Shown here: in pieces, positions 15,155-24,012 of the stretch
Layout of the letters: each line of letters starts with the position of its first letter
Numbering within the stretch: position 1 is the stretch's first letter
Source: a virus
DNA: 64,000 bases
IMG/VR virus record: IMGVR_UViG_3300029910_000007
Strand: one strand, 5' to 3'
Notes under the pieces: generated by a model
Told to the model about the DNA's origin: nothing
Database searches by the model: none
What the model saw: only the letters and a program-made list of their open reading frames with translations
Translations under genes and position numbers: made by a program

Positions 15155-15376
15155 ATGAACAAACTATATATTCAACAGCGTGCCAAAGCCCTTCTAAAGG
15201 TCCACTCCCATTCCTTTGCACAAGAATGTCTCAATCTTGCAGCAGGTGGTCTTCCTGTTATTATGGACCATGAAGGGAATGTAACGATCCTTCCTCGTCC
15301 TGCTCAGAAGGTCAAGAAAGACAAGTACGAGAAGCGTCGAGAACCAAGAGAAGAATACGAGCCAGAGGCTGTCTAA
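15155..15376 (+). CDS. hypothetical protein
   Basis: 73-aa ORF immediately behind promoter 15120-15148. Confidence 0.55.
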   Translation: MNKLYIQQRAKALLKVHSHSFAQECLNLAAGGLPVIMDHEGNVTILPRPAQKVKKDKYEKRREPREEYEPEAV

Positions 15377-15378
15377 TC

Positions 15379-15637
15379 ATGCAATGGCGTATTTTAAAAG
15401 AGGATGGAAAATTATACCCACAAATTAAAAGTGGGTGGTGGATATTTTCTGGTTGGGATTACCTTAGCATTTATAATCATAATGAATCACGAACATCAAA
15501 TTTATATGCTTCCAAGTATGAAGATAATGAACGAGGTATTTTTTTATTGTAAAGGTAGAGTTGAACTATATATTAGCTCTAGGCGTGAAAATATCATAAA
15601 GAAGACACCAGAAGTTGTGTATCAAGGTGAAATGTGA
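15379..15637 (+). pseudogene. small gene apparently frameshifted in a T7 homopolymer
   Basis: Frame 1 gives MQWRILKEDGKLYPQIKSGWWIF...ERGIFLL* (15379-15552); the run of seven T at 15539-15545 joins it to the frame of track ORF 15404-15637 (..FFYCKGRVELYISSRRENIIKKTPEVVYQGEM*). Confidence 0.4.
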
Positions 15638-15834
15638 ATACCATAGCAACATGGACAGTCGAACTCAATTGTGACTGTCCCGGATGTAAAGAATGGGTTA
15701 ATCTATTGAACTATCCAGATTTCTTTGATGGGAGTACTTTAAAGATAGCCGAACACGGAACACCCAAGACCACAGGAATGGAAGTCGTCTGTCCAGAATG
15801 TGGACATGAATTTTTAGTTGATTTGGAATATTGA
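15634..15834 (+). CDS. small zinc-ribbon protein
   Basis: CDCPGC...CPECGH pairs of Cys; ATGTGA overlap with the upstream ORF. Confidence 0.55.
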   Translation: MNTIATWTVELNCDCPGCKEWVNLLNYPDFFDGSTLKIAEHGTPKTTGMEVVCPECGHEFLVDLEY

Positions 15835-15835
15835 A

Positions 15836-16216
15836 ATGAATGAAGTGAAACCGATGACTGCTCAAGACGCACTTTTCGCCATTGAACGTCTTAATGAACT
15901 TATTTCTACACTGAATACTATCGGACGTGTGTACGGTCTTGAGACTATTAAATTGGAAGGTGGGTTTGTAGATCAACTTCGTGCCATTGCCATTGGAAAA
16001 CATGAAGTTCATCTATTTGAAACAGAAGAAGTTAGAAATTTATCTGATCAACTTCAACTAGCTCAAGAGCGGATTGATGAACTGATGAATGCACTCGAAA
16101 AATCTGTCAAGCTTCAGGGATTTTATGCTACACTTTTAAATCTATATGATGGTGGAAAGCGGATTGAATTTGTAGATGCAGCCGAGTGGATGCAGAGGTT
16201 GAAAGGTGGAATCTGA
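15836..16216 (+). CDS. hypothetical protein
   Basis: ATG 15836 (track TTG 15818); coiled-coil-like middle. Confidence 0.55.
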   Translation: MNEVKPMTAQDALFAIERLNELISTLNTIGRVYGLETIKLEGGFVDQLRAIAIGKHEVHLFETEEVRNLSDQLQLAQERIDELMNALEKSVKLQGFYATLLNLYDGGKRIEFVDAAEWMQRLKGGI

Positions 16217-16418
16217 AGAAATTTACACCAAATTGAAAGTAAAAGAAGTTCATGACTCTGGATTCTTTTACGCTCCATACATTCCTACAAGTCGTTGGTC
16301 AAGAGTAAAACGCATGTTTAAAAAGCTTCTCGAATTTCTATTCAGACACATCGGTCCCACTAACCGAGAAACACCAAAAGAGTCAGATAAGATTTCATAT
16401 CTGACTTGGAGAGAGTGA
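16206..16418 (+). CDS. hypothetical protein
   Basis: GTG start, 70 aa, overlaps its neighbours by a few nt. Confidence 0.45.
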   Translation: MESEEIYTKLKVKEVHDSGFFYAPYIPTSRWSRVKRMFKKLLEFLFRHIGPTNRETPKESDKISYLTWRE

Positions 16419-16684
16419 TGAAAGTAGATTTGACTGAATGGTTTAAAAATCAATTCAAAGATCACGTTCCAGAAACTAGTTGGATTCGAACCAAAGAGCG
16501 TCTTCCAGAAAAAGAAAAGTTGGTTCTTGCTCGTTATGAAAGTGGCTGTCATGTTGGATCATATTTTGACTATGCCTTCCTTGAACTTACTGCCGATGGT
16601 AGCTGGTATTTGAATACTGGTCGTCTACAGAGAGTCAAAGTTGATCCTCCAAGTGAATGGGTCTACCTACATTTGACACTATAA
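16418..16684 (+). CDS. hypothetical protein (DUF551-like pattern)
   Basis: ATG 16418 behind GGAGAGAG; WIRTKERLPEKEKLVLARY resembles the W..-..LP motif of DUF551. Confidence 0.5.
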   Translation: MKVDLTEWFKNQFKDHVPETSWIRTKERLPEKEKLVLARYESGCHVGSYFDYAFLELTADGSWYLNTGRLQRVKVDPPSEWVYLHLTL

Positions 16685-16690
16685 TTTAGA

Positions 16691-17020
16691 ATGACTTTTA
16701 AAGTTGCAAAATTTAAAAATTCGTCGTATAATCTCCCTATATTTTGGAGACCAAAGATGTTAGACGAAATTGTTAATCTCATGTTGACAGACATGTCTTG
16801 GTATGAAAAAGACGGATTTCTTTGGTGTCATAGTTCAAAGACCAATAAAAAATTTCCTAAACAAATCAATGTCACCAGCCATTGGACTGGAAGACAGGTT
16901 CGATTTGTAGTCGATTATGCACGGAATGAAGTCAACGAATGGTATGATGGTGAACAGTGTGATTATCGTCCTGTTGATCCATCTGGAAATGTTGAGAGAT
17001 TGAGTGTTTGTCACAACTGA
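16691..17020 (+). CDS. hypothetical protein, TG-x-x-V-R/K-F paralog family member
   Basis: INVTSHWTGRQVRFVVDY, similar to the cores of ORFs 47454, 47794, 48127 and 48881. Confidence 0.55.
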   Translation: MTFKVAKFKNSSYNLPIFWRPKMLDEIVNLMLTDMSWYEKDGFLWCHSSKTNKKFPKQINVTSHWTGRQVRFVVDYARNEVNEWYDGEQCDYRPVDPSGNVERLSVCHN

Positions 17021-17094
17021 CGAACGGTAGTTGTTGAATTCTAAATTTTGTTTATACTAGTTTCACAGTATCTAAACCAAACGGAGAACACGAA

Positions 17095-17442
17095 ATGTCT
17101 ACTTACATGTATGGCCTGAAGTCGCCGCGTCTTGTCAAGCAAGTTGTGGTTGAATTTAAGGACGGTACTCGTGGAACTGTTTATTGTGGTGCATTTCAGT
17201 TCCTCTTTGGACATGCTTATGAACGGACTGCCTACAAGGCTCGCCGTATGGGTCTGGTTCAGCATATGTGGGATGGTGAAGTTCGTCCCGTCTTTGCTGC
17301 ACACATTTCCAGCGAGGACAAGAAGCTTTCTGTTGGCAAGGAAGTCTTTCACTGGCTGAATGGCGCTCCTACACTTTTCAGTGATGGCAATGGAACTGTC
17401 GGTAATGGTGCTCTGGTTGGAAAGATTGTGGAGATTTTGTAA
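17095..17442 (+). CDS. hypothetical early protein
   Basis: ATG behind the leader AAACGGAGAACACGAA; candidate promoter TTGTTG-N16-TATACT about 17030-17057. Confidence 0.6.
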   Translation: MSTYMYGLKSPRLVKQVVVEFKDGTRGTVYCGAFQFLFGHAYERTAYKARRMGLVQHMWDGEVRPVFAAHISSEDKKLSVGKEVFHWLNGAPTLFSDGNGTVGNGALVGKIVEIL

Positions 17443-17470
17443 TCTATTGATTTCATTCAGATTTTAAAGT

Positions 17471-17499
17471 TTGACAGAAATCAAAATTTCCTCTATAAT
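17471..17499 (+). promoter_or_regulatory. consensus sigma70-type early promoter
   Basis: TTGACA (17471-17476), 17-nt spacer, TATAAT (17494-17499), followed by the CTCATCAAGTC leader. Confidence 0.7.
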
Positions 17500-17535
17500 C
17501 CTCTCATCAAGTCGAGAAATCAACGGAGAAAAGAC

Positions 17536-17718
17536 ATGAACAACGCCGATATCGAATTTTATCATGCTGCAATTGTCATGACTCTTGCAAAATTTCTTGC
17601 ACCAAAAAATCGAAAATGGGATTCTCTATCATACCGAACCAAACAGAAATATCTTAATAAGGCTGTTGAAATCGTTAAGATTTTTGTTGTTGACACCAAG
17701 TCTGTTTCTGGTATATAA
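17536..17718 (+). CDS. hypothetical early protein
   Basis: ATG behind AACGGAGAAAAGAC; 60 aa. Confidence 0.55.
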   Translation: MNNADIEFYHAAIVMTLAKFLAPKNRKWDSLSYRTKQKYLNKAVEIVKIFVVDTKSVSGI

Positions 17719-17719
17719 T
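17690..17719 (+). promoter_or_regulatory. sigma70-type early promoter
   Basis: TTGACA (17690-17695), 18-nt spacer, TATAAT (17714-17719). Confidence 0.6.
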
Positions 17720-17756
17720 TCTTCTATCAAATCAGGAATCGAACGGAGAAAACGAA

Positions 17757-18143
17757 ATGGATTACATGAATCAAGAGAAGAAGGCAAAGATCGCAGCTGC
17801 TCTCAAGCTGGTCATGCCGAAGGACTGGAAGTACTCTCTTCGCTGTGATCAGAGTTCGATCACCATGACCGTCAAGTCTGCTCCGATTCCGGCTGGTGAT
17901 ATGGTTGAGTTTGGAACGCATCCGACTTCTGTTGCGAATCTGAATAGCTATCAGCTGAATACCTACTATCCCGGAAACGTCTTCTCCGGTAAGACTCTGG
18001 AAATTGTCAAGGCTGCTATCGCTGCCATCAATACTGATAACTACGATCACAGCGATAGCCAGAGTGATTACTTTTGTGTGAATTTTTACGCCTATCTGCA
18101 GTTTGGTAAGTGGAACAAATCTTTTGTGAACACGGCGAAGTGA
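17757..18143 (+). CDS. hypothetical early protein
   Basis: ATG behind AACGGAGAAAACGAA; the ending DSQSDYFCVNFYAYLQFGKW resembles a domain seen in phage polyvalent proteins (from memory, unverified). Confidence 0.55.
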   Translation: MDYMNQEKKAKIAAALKLVMPKDWKYSLRCDQSSITMTVKSAPIPAGDMVEFGTHPTSVANLNSYQLNTYYPGNVFSGKTLEIVKAAIAAINTDNYDHSDSQSDYFCVNFYAYLQFGKWNKSFVNTAK

Positions 18144-18144
18144 T

Positions 18145-18381
18145 ATGACAATCTCAGTCGTCAATCAGCGTCAGAAACTTTTCTTTGAGAGTTTGGTCAC
18201 TCTGTGTAAGCAATATGATGTGACAATCACTCTCGGGACATCTGGTCGTGGATGGGGTGAAAATCCAAACATATCCTATGAGTTCAACTGGAACGAACGA
18301 TTTCAGGATGAATGTAATACACCAGATGTTATTGATTCTTATCTCACTGGTGATGATGAAGTTAAGTTGAAAGGTCAATGA
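18145..18381 (+). CDS. hypothetical protein
   Basis: 78 aa, starts 1 nt after the upstream stop. Confidence 0.5.
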   Translation: MTISVVNQRQKLFFESLVTLCKQYDVTITLGTSGRGWGENPNISYEFNWNERFQDECNTPDVIDSYLTGDDEVKLKGQ

Positions 18382-18476
18382 ATATTCTCAAACAAGAAGA
18401 AGTTGATGAACTTCGGTTGATTGGTAGAAGATAAAAAGTTTTTATAAAACTTCAAATTTTAATAGAAAACTTTTCG

Positions 18477-18505
18477 TTGCAAACTCTTCAAATTTGAAAT
18501 ATTAT
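18477..18505 (+). promoter_or_regulatory. sigma70-type early promoter
   Basis: TTGCAA (18477-18482), 17-nt spacer, TATTAT (18500-18505), CATCAAGTC leader. Confidence 0.6.
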
Positions 18506-18544
18506 ACACACATCAAGTCAACACCAAACCAACGGAGAACTTAG

Positions 18545-19540
18545 ATGTCTGTTAAAATTACCAGCGAAGAGATGAACCAGCTGCGCACCAAGTTTGGTGA
18601 ACAGGTCACTACTTCCGAACTTCAGTCTCTGGGTGGCACTCTGTATTGGAGGGCTTCTCAGGGTGGTCTACAGAAGCTGTCTCGTGCTCTCTACAGCCTG
18701 TCAGACGTTCCGGTCGTGGTCGAAGAAAATGAAGAGCCGGAAATCGAACAGATTCAGCCGATCACCTCAAAGATGACTCGTGGTGAAAAGGCTGTCCTGA
18801 TCAATGAGCGTTTTGAAGTCATGGACATCCTGTCCGATTCAATCATCAGTGGCAACACTCGTTCATTGATCGTTTCTGGCGCTGCTGGCGTCGGCAAGAG
18901 CTACACTCTGGAACAGAAGTTAGAAGGTGCTGTGCGCTCTGGTAAGGTCAACAAGGTCACTACGATCAAGGGCAGCATCTCGGCTATCTCCCTCTACATT
19001 GCGATCTATGAGAATCGTGAGAAGGGCCAGATCATCATTCTGGATGATGCTGACGTGTTCGGTGATGAAGAGACCATGAACATCCTGAAGGGTGCATTGG
19101 ATTCCAGCACCAAGCGTGAGATTTCTTGGATGAAGATGTCTACCTATCTGGCGGATGCTGGCATTCCGAACCAGTTTGAATACTTCGGTCAAATTGTATT
19201 TTTGACAAATTGCGACATGGTTCGTGTTTGTGAGAAGGGTGGAAAAATGGCCCCTCACATGAAAGCTCTTCTCAGTCGTGCGGTCTTTTTGGACCTTGGG
19301 ATTCATTCTTCGGAAGAGATTCTTATCCGTATCGAACAGGTCATGGCTACCAGCACCATGCGGACTGATCTTGGTCTGGAAGTGCATGAAGCTTCTCAGA
19401 TCATGGACTGGATGCTTTCGAATGAGACCAAGTTGCGTTATGTGTCCCTGCGCACCGTGATCCAACTGTCTGGATTTTTGAAGACGACTGCAGATTGGCA
19501 GAAGATTGCTCGTACCACCCTGCTGAAGCACAGCTTTTAA
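18545..19540 (+). CDS. P-loop/AAA-type ATPase
   Basis: Walker A SGAAGVGKSYT, Walker B IIILDDAD. Confidence 0.7.
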   Translation: MSVKITSEEMNQLRTKFGEQVTTSELQSLGGTLYWRASQGGLQKLSRALYSLSDVPVVVEENEEPEIEQIQPITSKMTRGEKAVLINERFEVMDILSDSIISGNTRSLIVSGAAGVGKSYTLEQKLEGAVRSGKVNKVTTIKGSISAISLYIAIYENREKGQIIILDDADVFGDEETMNILKGALDSSTKREISWMKMSTYLADAGIPNQFEYFGQIVFLTNCDMVRVCEKGGKMAPHMKALLSRAVFLDLGIHSSEEILIRIEQVMATSTMRTDLGLEVHEASQIMDWMLSNETKLRYVSLRTVIQLSGFLKTTADWQKIARTTLLKHSF

Positions 19541-19552
19541 GGAGGATTTGAA

Positions 19553-19732
19553 ATGTTCAAAGAAAATGACAGAGTCAAATACATCGGAAACCACGATTTG
19601 TGGAAGAATCGGAAAGGCACTGTCCTTGTCAATCAAGGGCGTCATCTGACCTCTACTCAAGTTTTGCTTGACGGTGACAAAGATGCATGTTATCCTCTTA
19701 CCAAGAATTTGGAAATTGTCAAGGAGATTTGA
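19553..19732 (+). CDS. hypothetical small protein
   Basis: 59 aa; strong SD AAGGAGG 7 nt before the ATG. Confidence 0.5.
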   Translation: MFKENDRVKYIGNHDLWKNRKGTVLVNQGRHLTSTQVLLDGDKDACYPLTKNLEIVKEI

Positions 19733-19733
19733 A

Positions 19734-19880
19734 ATGTTCAAATTTACAAAATGTCTTGTTGGTGTCACCATTCAACTTGTTGGACTTGCAGCATTTGGTG
19801 TCCTCTTTGCTGGTGTTTGTGTTGCAGGCAACATTGAAGGACGTTTAATGGGTGATGAACAACCGGGTTTGGACCTTTAA
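19734..19880 (+). CDS. small membrane protein
   Basis: ATG 19734 behind AAGGAG; hydrophobic core VGVTIQLVGLAAFGVLFAGVCVAG. Confidence 0.5.
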   Translation: MFKFTKCLVGVTIQLVGLAAFGVLFAGVCVAGNIEGRLMGDEQPGLDL

Positions 19881-19889
19881 GGGGTTTTT

Positions 19890-20150
19890 ATGAAGATGAA
19901 AGTTACAAAGTTTTATGAGTGGGCTAGCGAATTTCATGCTGGAACTCGCCTTACGGTACAAGATGCTGTGAAATCTGGCTTTGATAAGAAGACTGCTTAT
20001 AATGGATTCAGGGCACTTCTCAAGGAACAGAGAATCACAAAGTTGATAAAAAAGAAGAATTCCGTTCGATTCCAGTATAGAATCACGTCTAAGATGTTTG
20101 TTCAACGTCCATCTACTCGTGGAATTGCTATATTTTTGGATAAGCTTTAA
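19890..20150 (+). CDS. hypothetical protein
   Basis: 86-aa ORF. Confidence 0.5.
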   Translation: MKMKVTKFYEWASEFHAGTRLTVQDAVKSGFDKKTAYNGFRALLKEQRITKLIKKKNSVRFQYRITSKMFVQRPSTRGIAIFLDKL

Positions 20151-20166
20151 ACTATGAAACCGGGTC

Positions 20167-20195
20167 TTGCAAATTTTTAAAATTTGGTTTAATAT
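20167..20195 (+). promoter_or_regulatory. sigma70-type early promoter
   Basis: TTGCAA (20167-20172), 17-nt spacer, TAATAT (20190-20195). Confidence 0.55.
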
Positions 20196-20232
20196 ACGTC
20201 TACTGAATCACAACAAACCAACGGAGAAATTT

Positions 20233-20574
20233 ATGAAGACGATGAAAATTAAGCATGGTGGAAAGAATGTTGGCGACTCTGCCAATTTTATCAGCGCCAT
20301 CAAGTACATTCGTGAAGTTGCCTACGGTAGTCCTTTGGGTAGCCTGAAGGAAGCCAAGGATTTTGTGGAGAACAACGAAGTTCAAGAGTTGACATTCAAT
20401 GATAACTTCACATTTACCCAGATTAAGGCCCAGATGGCTGCTTATGGTTATCATCTGGTGAGTCAGAATGTTGATCTGGTCGAACAGGCTCGTACTTTGG
20501 CTCGTGTGGCATTGGACGAGAACAAGTTTGACGAACTTGTCGATCTGGTCGCTTTTATCAAGAAATATTCCTAA
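20233..20574 (+). CDS. hypothetical early protein
   Basis: ATG 20233 behind AACGGAGAAATTT; the track start 20167 is the TTG inside the -35 box. Confidence 0.6.
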   Translation: MKTMKIKHGGKNVGDSANFISAIKYIREVAYGSPLGSLKEAKDFVENNEVQELTFNDNFTFTQIKAQMAAYGYHLVSQNVDLVEQARTLARVALDENKFDELVDLVAFIKKYS

Positions 20575-20588
20575 TCAGGAGAAATATC

Positions 20589-20891
20589 ATGTTTGATGTC
20601 AAGCGTTTCAACACCAAGTCGGCAATGCGTGATTGGCTTTGTGGAAAGAATTCAACCACTAAGTTTAAATTTGGCAGCACTATCAACTGTCTGATTGCTC
20701 AGTGGGCAAAAGAATGTGGGATGGAACATCCGAGTGTTGGTGGTGAATATTGCCATGACATGGATGATCGCAGCTGTACTTCCATTAAATTCCGGCCTTG
20801 GATGAGGCGTGTCAGTATGTTCATGGCTGGAACTGACGCGGAATTTACTGGTCTGTCGGTCTGGTCGTTCCTGAACTACGAGCGGAAGTAA
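20589..20891 (+). CDS. hypothetical protein
   Basis: 100 aa behind AGGAGAAATATC. Confidence 0.55.
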   Translation: MFDVKRFNTKSAMRDWLCGKNSTTKFKFGSTINCLIAQWAKECGMEHPSVGGEYCHDMDDRSCTSIKFRPWMRRVSMFMAGTDAEFTGLSVWSFLNYERK

Positions 20892-20909
20892 ACAAAGGAA
20901 ACATTTGAA

Positions 20910-21509
20910 GTGAAGAAGTTCCACGAAGCAGAGAAGAAGAGTGGTCATTTGCCAATGATTTTAAAATTGGACAAATCAGGCTCTCCGTGCGCTTGGTCAA
21001 AGTGGCAAGATATTGTGGTAGCTGAATTCACCGATAAGGTGATCTGGCGTCTGGGTGATCCTATTGACCTCACAGGAGGTACAGGCAAGGATGGAACTAC
21101 CTCACAGTTTGAATTGTATCCAGTTGTTGCAGTAGATGATCAGTCTGCTAGAAAGCGGAAGTGTGCGCCTGCACTGACCAATCGAATTTTGTTCTTGCGT
21201 GATCATCACACATGTGCTTATTGTGGGCATGTCTACATGGCTTCTAGTAAACTTTCTAGGGATCATGTTATTCCAACTTCAAAGGGTGGTCAAAACACTT
21301 GGAACAACTGTGTGACCGCATGCAAGCAATGCAACACTAAAAAGAGTGATCGACTGTTGTCTGAATGTGGTATGGTTTTGAGGTTCAAGCCGTTCACTCT
21401 GAATAATTTCGAGCACTTGATACTTCAAAACAAGCGCATCCTTCCAGTCCAGTTGGACTATTTGATCAAGGGTGTTTCCAAGAACTTTCATTATGAGGAA
21501 ACTGTATGA
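20910..21509 (+). CDS. HNH endonuclease-domain protein
   Basis: CAYCGH...LSRDHVIPTSKGGQNTWNNCVTACKQCNTKK. Confidence 0.8.
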   Translation: MKKFHEAEKKSGHLPMILKLDKSGSPCAWSKWQDIVVAEFTDKVIWRLGDPIDLTGGTGKDGTTSQFELYPVVAVDDQSARKRKCAPALTNRILFLRDHHTCAYCGHVYMASSKLSRDHVIPTSKGGQNTWNNCVTACKQCNTKKSDRLLSECGMVLRFKPFTLNNFEHLILQNKRILPVQLDYLIKGVSKNFHYEETV

Positions 21510-22087
21510 AGAAGAAATTTAAAGTTGGTGATAAAGTCAAGATTGTCAAGAAGTATGGGACTCTCTGGGAACAAATTTGGATGGATAAGACCATCGGTGA
21601 AACTGGAACAATAACCACTACACGAGGACCACGTTTGACATATTATGTCAAATTGAGTCCCGGTCGTGGTTATTACTACGATCCTCGTTCACTCGAACTT
21701 GTTCCAGAAAAATCTCCACAGATTCCTCTACCCATCAAGCGAGAATTTAAGATTGGCGATACCGTCAGAATTTGTCGAATGAGTGGTAAGGTTATATGGT
21801 CTGAAGCAATGAAAGATACTATTGGTGTAGTTGGTGTAGTTGGTGAGATTATTGGAATTAAAAACACCTGCATCCATGTAAGATTTGATAAGTATTATGG
21901 TAATCAAGATAGTTGGTACTATCACACCGACGATCTTGAGCATCCCGAAGAAGTCAAGACAAAGGAAGTATCATTGGTAGAAACAGTCAAGCAATTGAAG
22001 GAAATTATCGAAATCAAGGATAAGATTATTTCTACACTAGAAGATCAAATTAAGCAAGTCAGAGAGATTGTTCAAATCGAGCTTTAA
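21506..22087 (+). CDS. hypothetical protein with two internal repeats and a coiled-coil tail
   Basis: KFKVGDKVKIVKKYGTLWEQIWMDKTIGETG and EFKIGDTVRICRMSGKVIWSEAMKDTIGVVG repeats. Confidence 0.55.
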   Translation: MKKKFKVGDKVKIVKKYGTLWEQIWMDKTIGETGTITTTRGPRLTYYVKLSPGRGYYYDPRSLELVPEKSPQIPLPIKREFKIGDTVRICRMSGKVIWSEAMKDTIGVVGVVGEIIGIKNTCIHVRFDKYYGNQDSWYYHTDDLEHPEEVKTKEVSLVETVKQLKEIIEIKDKIISTLEDQIKQVREIVQIEL

Positions 22088-22089
22088 AT

Positions 22090-22257
22090 ATGGCAAAGAG
22101 AATAGAAATGGATGGTAAGTTCTATAGAATGCGCAGAGGCATTCTTATAGAAATTCCAGAATTGTGGGTAGGTAAAGTAACTCATCCACAAACTATTCGA
22201 AAACGCCCAAGTAAAGATCAACAAGGTATAACACACAAACCGAGTAGAAAATCATGA
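22090..22257 (+). CDS. hypothetical small basic protein
   Basis: 55 aa; ATGA overlap with the release-factor-like gene. Confidence 0.4.
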   Translation: MAKRIEMDGKFYRMRRGILIEIPELWVGKVTHPQTIRKRPSKDQQGITHKPSRKS

Positions 22258-22929
22258 ACAAAATTTTAATTGAAGTCAGAGCAGCCGAGGGCGGAGATGA
22301 TGCCAAGTTATTGGTTAAAGATCAGGCCAAGATTTACCTGAATTATGCCAAGCAGGAGAGTCTTTGACCCTGAGATTCTAGAAGAATCATCAGGCTTTGC
22401 TTCACTAACACTATCAGGAGACTCTAGGAAGCTGTCTAGACTCATGAATGAGTCAGGTGGGCACAGATGGCAACGAATACCCCCTACAGAGCGTAATGGG
22501 CGTGTGCAGACCTCTACAGTAACAGTCTATGTATATCCCTTGGAAATGGAAACCAAGGGATATAAATTTTCCGAGAAAGACCTAGAAATCAGGTATACAA
22601 CAGCCGGTGGTAATGGTGGTCAACATCAGAACAAAACTTTGAGTGCCTGTCATATTCGACATGTTCCGACCGGAATCACAGTCTCTATCAGGACAGAACG
22701 TTCTCAGCCTCAAAATAGACGCCTAGCCTTTGAAATTCTGGAAGCTCGATTGAAGTCCAAGCATGAATCTGAAATTCACTGCGCAGCAAATAATGACAGA
22801 AAACAAAATATTGGTTCTGGTCAACGTGGTGATAAGGTCAAAACCTATTCTGTCAAACACGACATGGTCATTGATCATCTGACTGGAAATAAATTGAAGT
22901 TGAGCAAAGTTTTGAAAGGAATTTTGTAA
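22254..22929 (+). CDS. truncated class-I peptide chain release factor-like protein, two frames joined by a +1 shift at 22362-22368
   Basis: Frame 0 (22254-22364) gives MNKILIEVRAAEGGDDAKLLVKDQAKIYLNYAKQESL then TGA. The +1 frame (22366-22929) gives DPEILEESSG...RIPPTERNGRVQTS...GGNGGQHQNKT (GGQ). Junction AGGAG-AGT-CTT-TGA-C. Confidence 0.7.
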
Positions 22930-22997
22930 GCCGACAAACGGTACTTCTCAAATTTGAAATTTGGTTTATACTGGTCTCATCAAATTAAGGAGAAACT

Positions 22998-23324
22998 TTG
23001 GTGAAAACTTTATATGACCAAGAGTTTTGCTGCACTTCCGATTACTACAAGTATCTTCTGGAAAATTCTGAGGATTATGCTGCATTTCTCAATGATTCCT
23101 ACAAGAGTGGTTTCGATACTGGAAGTAAATGGAATTCTCCTTGGATTCCGGGTGGTCCGTTTGTCCACCAAGCTCGTGCTTATGAGAAAAAAGATGCTCT
23201 GAGCATTGTCTCCAAGGCACAGAATGAATCTTGGATGCGTGGGTGGCACGATGCTGATGGTTCTGCAAAAACTGAAGCTTCTCGTGTTTCTCGGATGGCT
23301 GCTGGACTTCGTGTTCCTTATTAA
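22998..23324 (+). CDS. hypothetical early protein
   Basis: GTG behind AAGGAGAAACTTT; candidate promoter TTCTCA-N16-TATACT about 22946-22973. Confidence 0.55.
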   Translation: MVKTLYDQEFCCTSDYYKYLLENSEDYAAFLNDSYKSGFDTGSKWNSPWIPGGPFVHQARAYEKKDALSIVSKAQNESWMRGWHDADGSAKTEASRVSRMAAGLRVPY

Positions 23325-23476
23325 TTAGGAGAAATTAAGTGAACCAATATATTGCAAATAGTATGACAAAACGTGAGCATTTGTGGAAGTTGACGCTTGC
23401 TTGTTCACACAAGAAGGTCATTCTGACCTATCTTGTTGGTGCTTACTTCGTTACGATCAATCGTTGATAATTTATG

Positions 23477-23505
23477 TTGACAAAATCTGAAGTCTTTAGT
23501 ATCAT
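23477..23505 (+). promoter_or_regulatory. sigma70-type early promoter
   Basis: TTGACA (23477-23482), 17-nt spacer, TATCAT (23500-23505). Confidence 0.6.
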
Positions 23506-23564
23506 CTTCTTCTGCGCTGTACTCTTTTTCACAATTCTCGCAATTCATTTAGGAGATTAATGTC

Positions 23565-23762
23565 ATGATGGGCGCACGCTACAAGACCAAGAAAGACCTT
23601 AAGGCTGCTGTCGGTCAGGCACTGAAGTATGAAGAGACTTCAATGTTCGGTCCTGAATTCAAGGAAAATGGAAAGTTCTGTGTGGTTGGTCCGTCTCCCT
23701 ATGAGCGCAAATGGTTTGCTGAAGTGACCATGGAAAATGGTCTGATCAAGAAGGTGTCGTGA
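23565..23762 (+). CDS. hypothetical protein
   Basis: 65 aa behind TAGGAGATTAATGTC. Confidence 0.55.
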   Translation: MMGARYKTKKDLKAAVGQALKYEETSMFGPEFKENGKFCVVGPSPYERKWFAEVTMENGLIKKVS

Positions 23763-23763
23763 T

Positions 23764-24012
23764 ATGAAAACTTGGTTCGAGTTCTTTGTAAAACTTGAAG
23801 AAGATTCAAAACTTTTAGCTCAAGCTCTTGATGAGATTGAAGTTTATGAAAAGACTGGAGTTCTTCATGATGGTGTCGTTCGAACACAGGTAGATGCCGT
23901 TAGTGTAGAGTACAAAACACAACATATCTATATTATGCCGGTGTGTAACCATATTAATTCTATTGCTGCCAAGAAGTGGCAGCAACAATACAAAATTGAA
24001 ACTGAGTCGTGA
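23764..24012 (+). CDS. hypothetical protein
   Basis: 82 aa, 1-nt gap from the upstream stop. Confidence 0.5.
   Translation: MKTWFEFFVKLEEDSKLLAQALDEIEVYEKTGVLHDGVVRTQVDAVSVEYKTQHIYIMPVCNHINSIAAKKWQQQYKIETES

Noticed and set aside
18920-19771. 283-aa - strand ORF
   Set aside because: It is antisense to the P-loop ATPase gene, which has Walker motifs, its own promoter and an RBS. It is a shadow ORF with no motif of its own.
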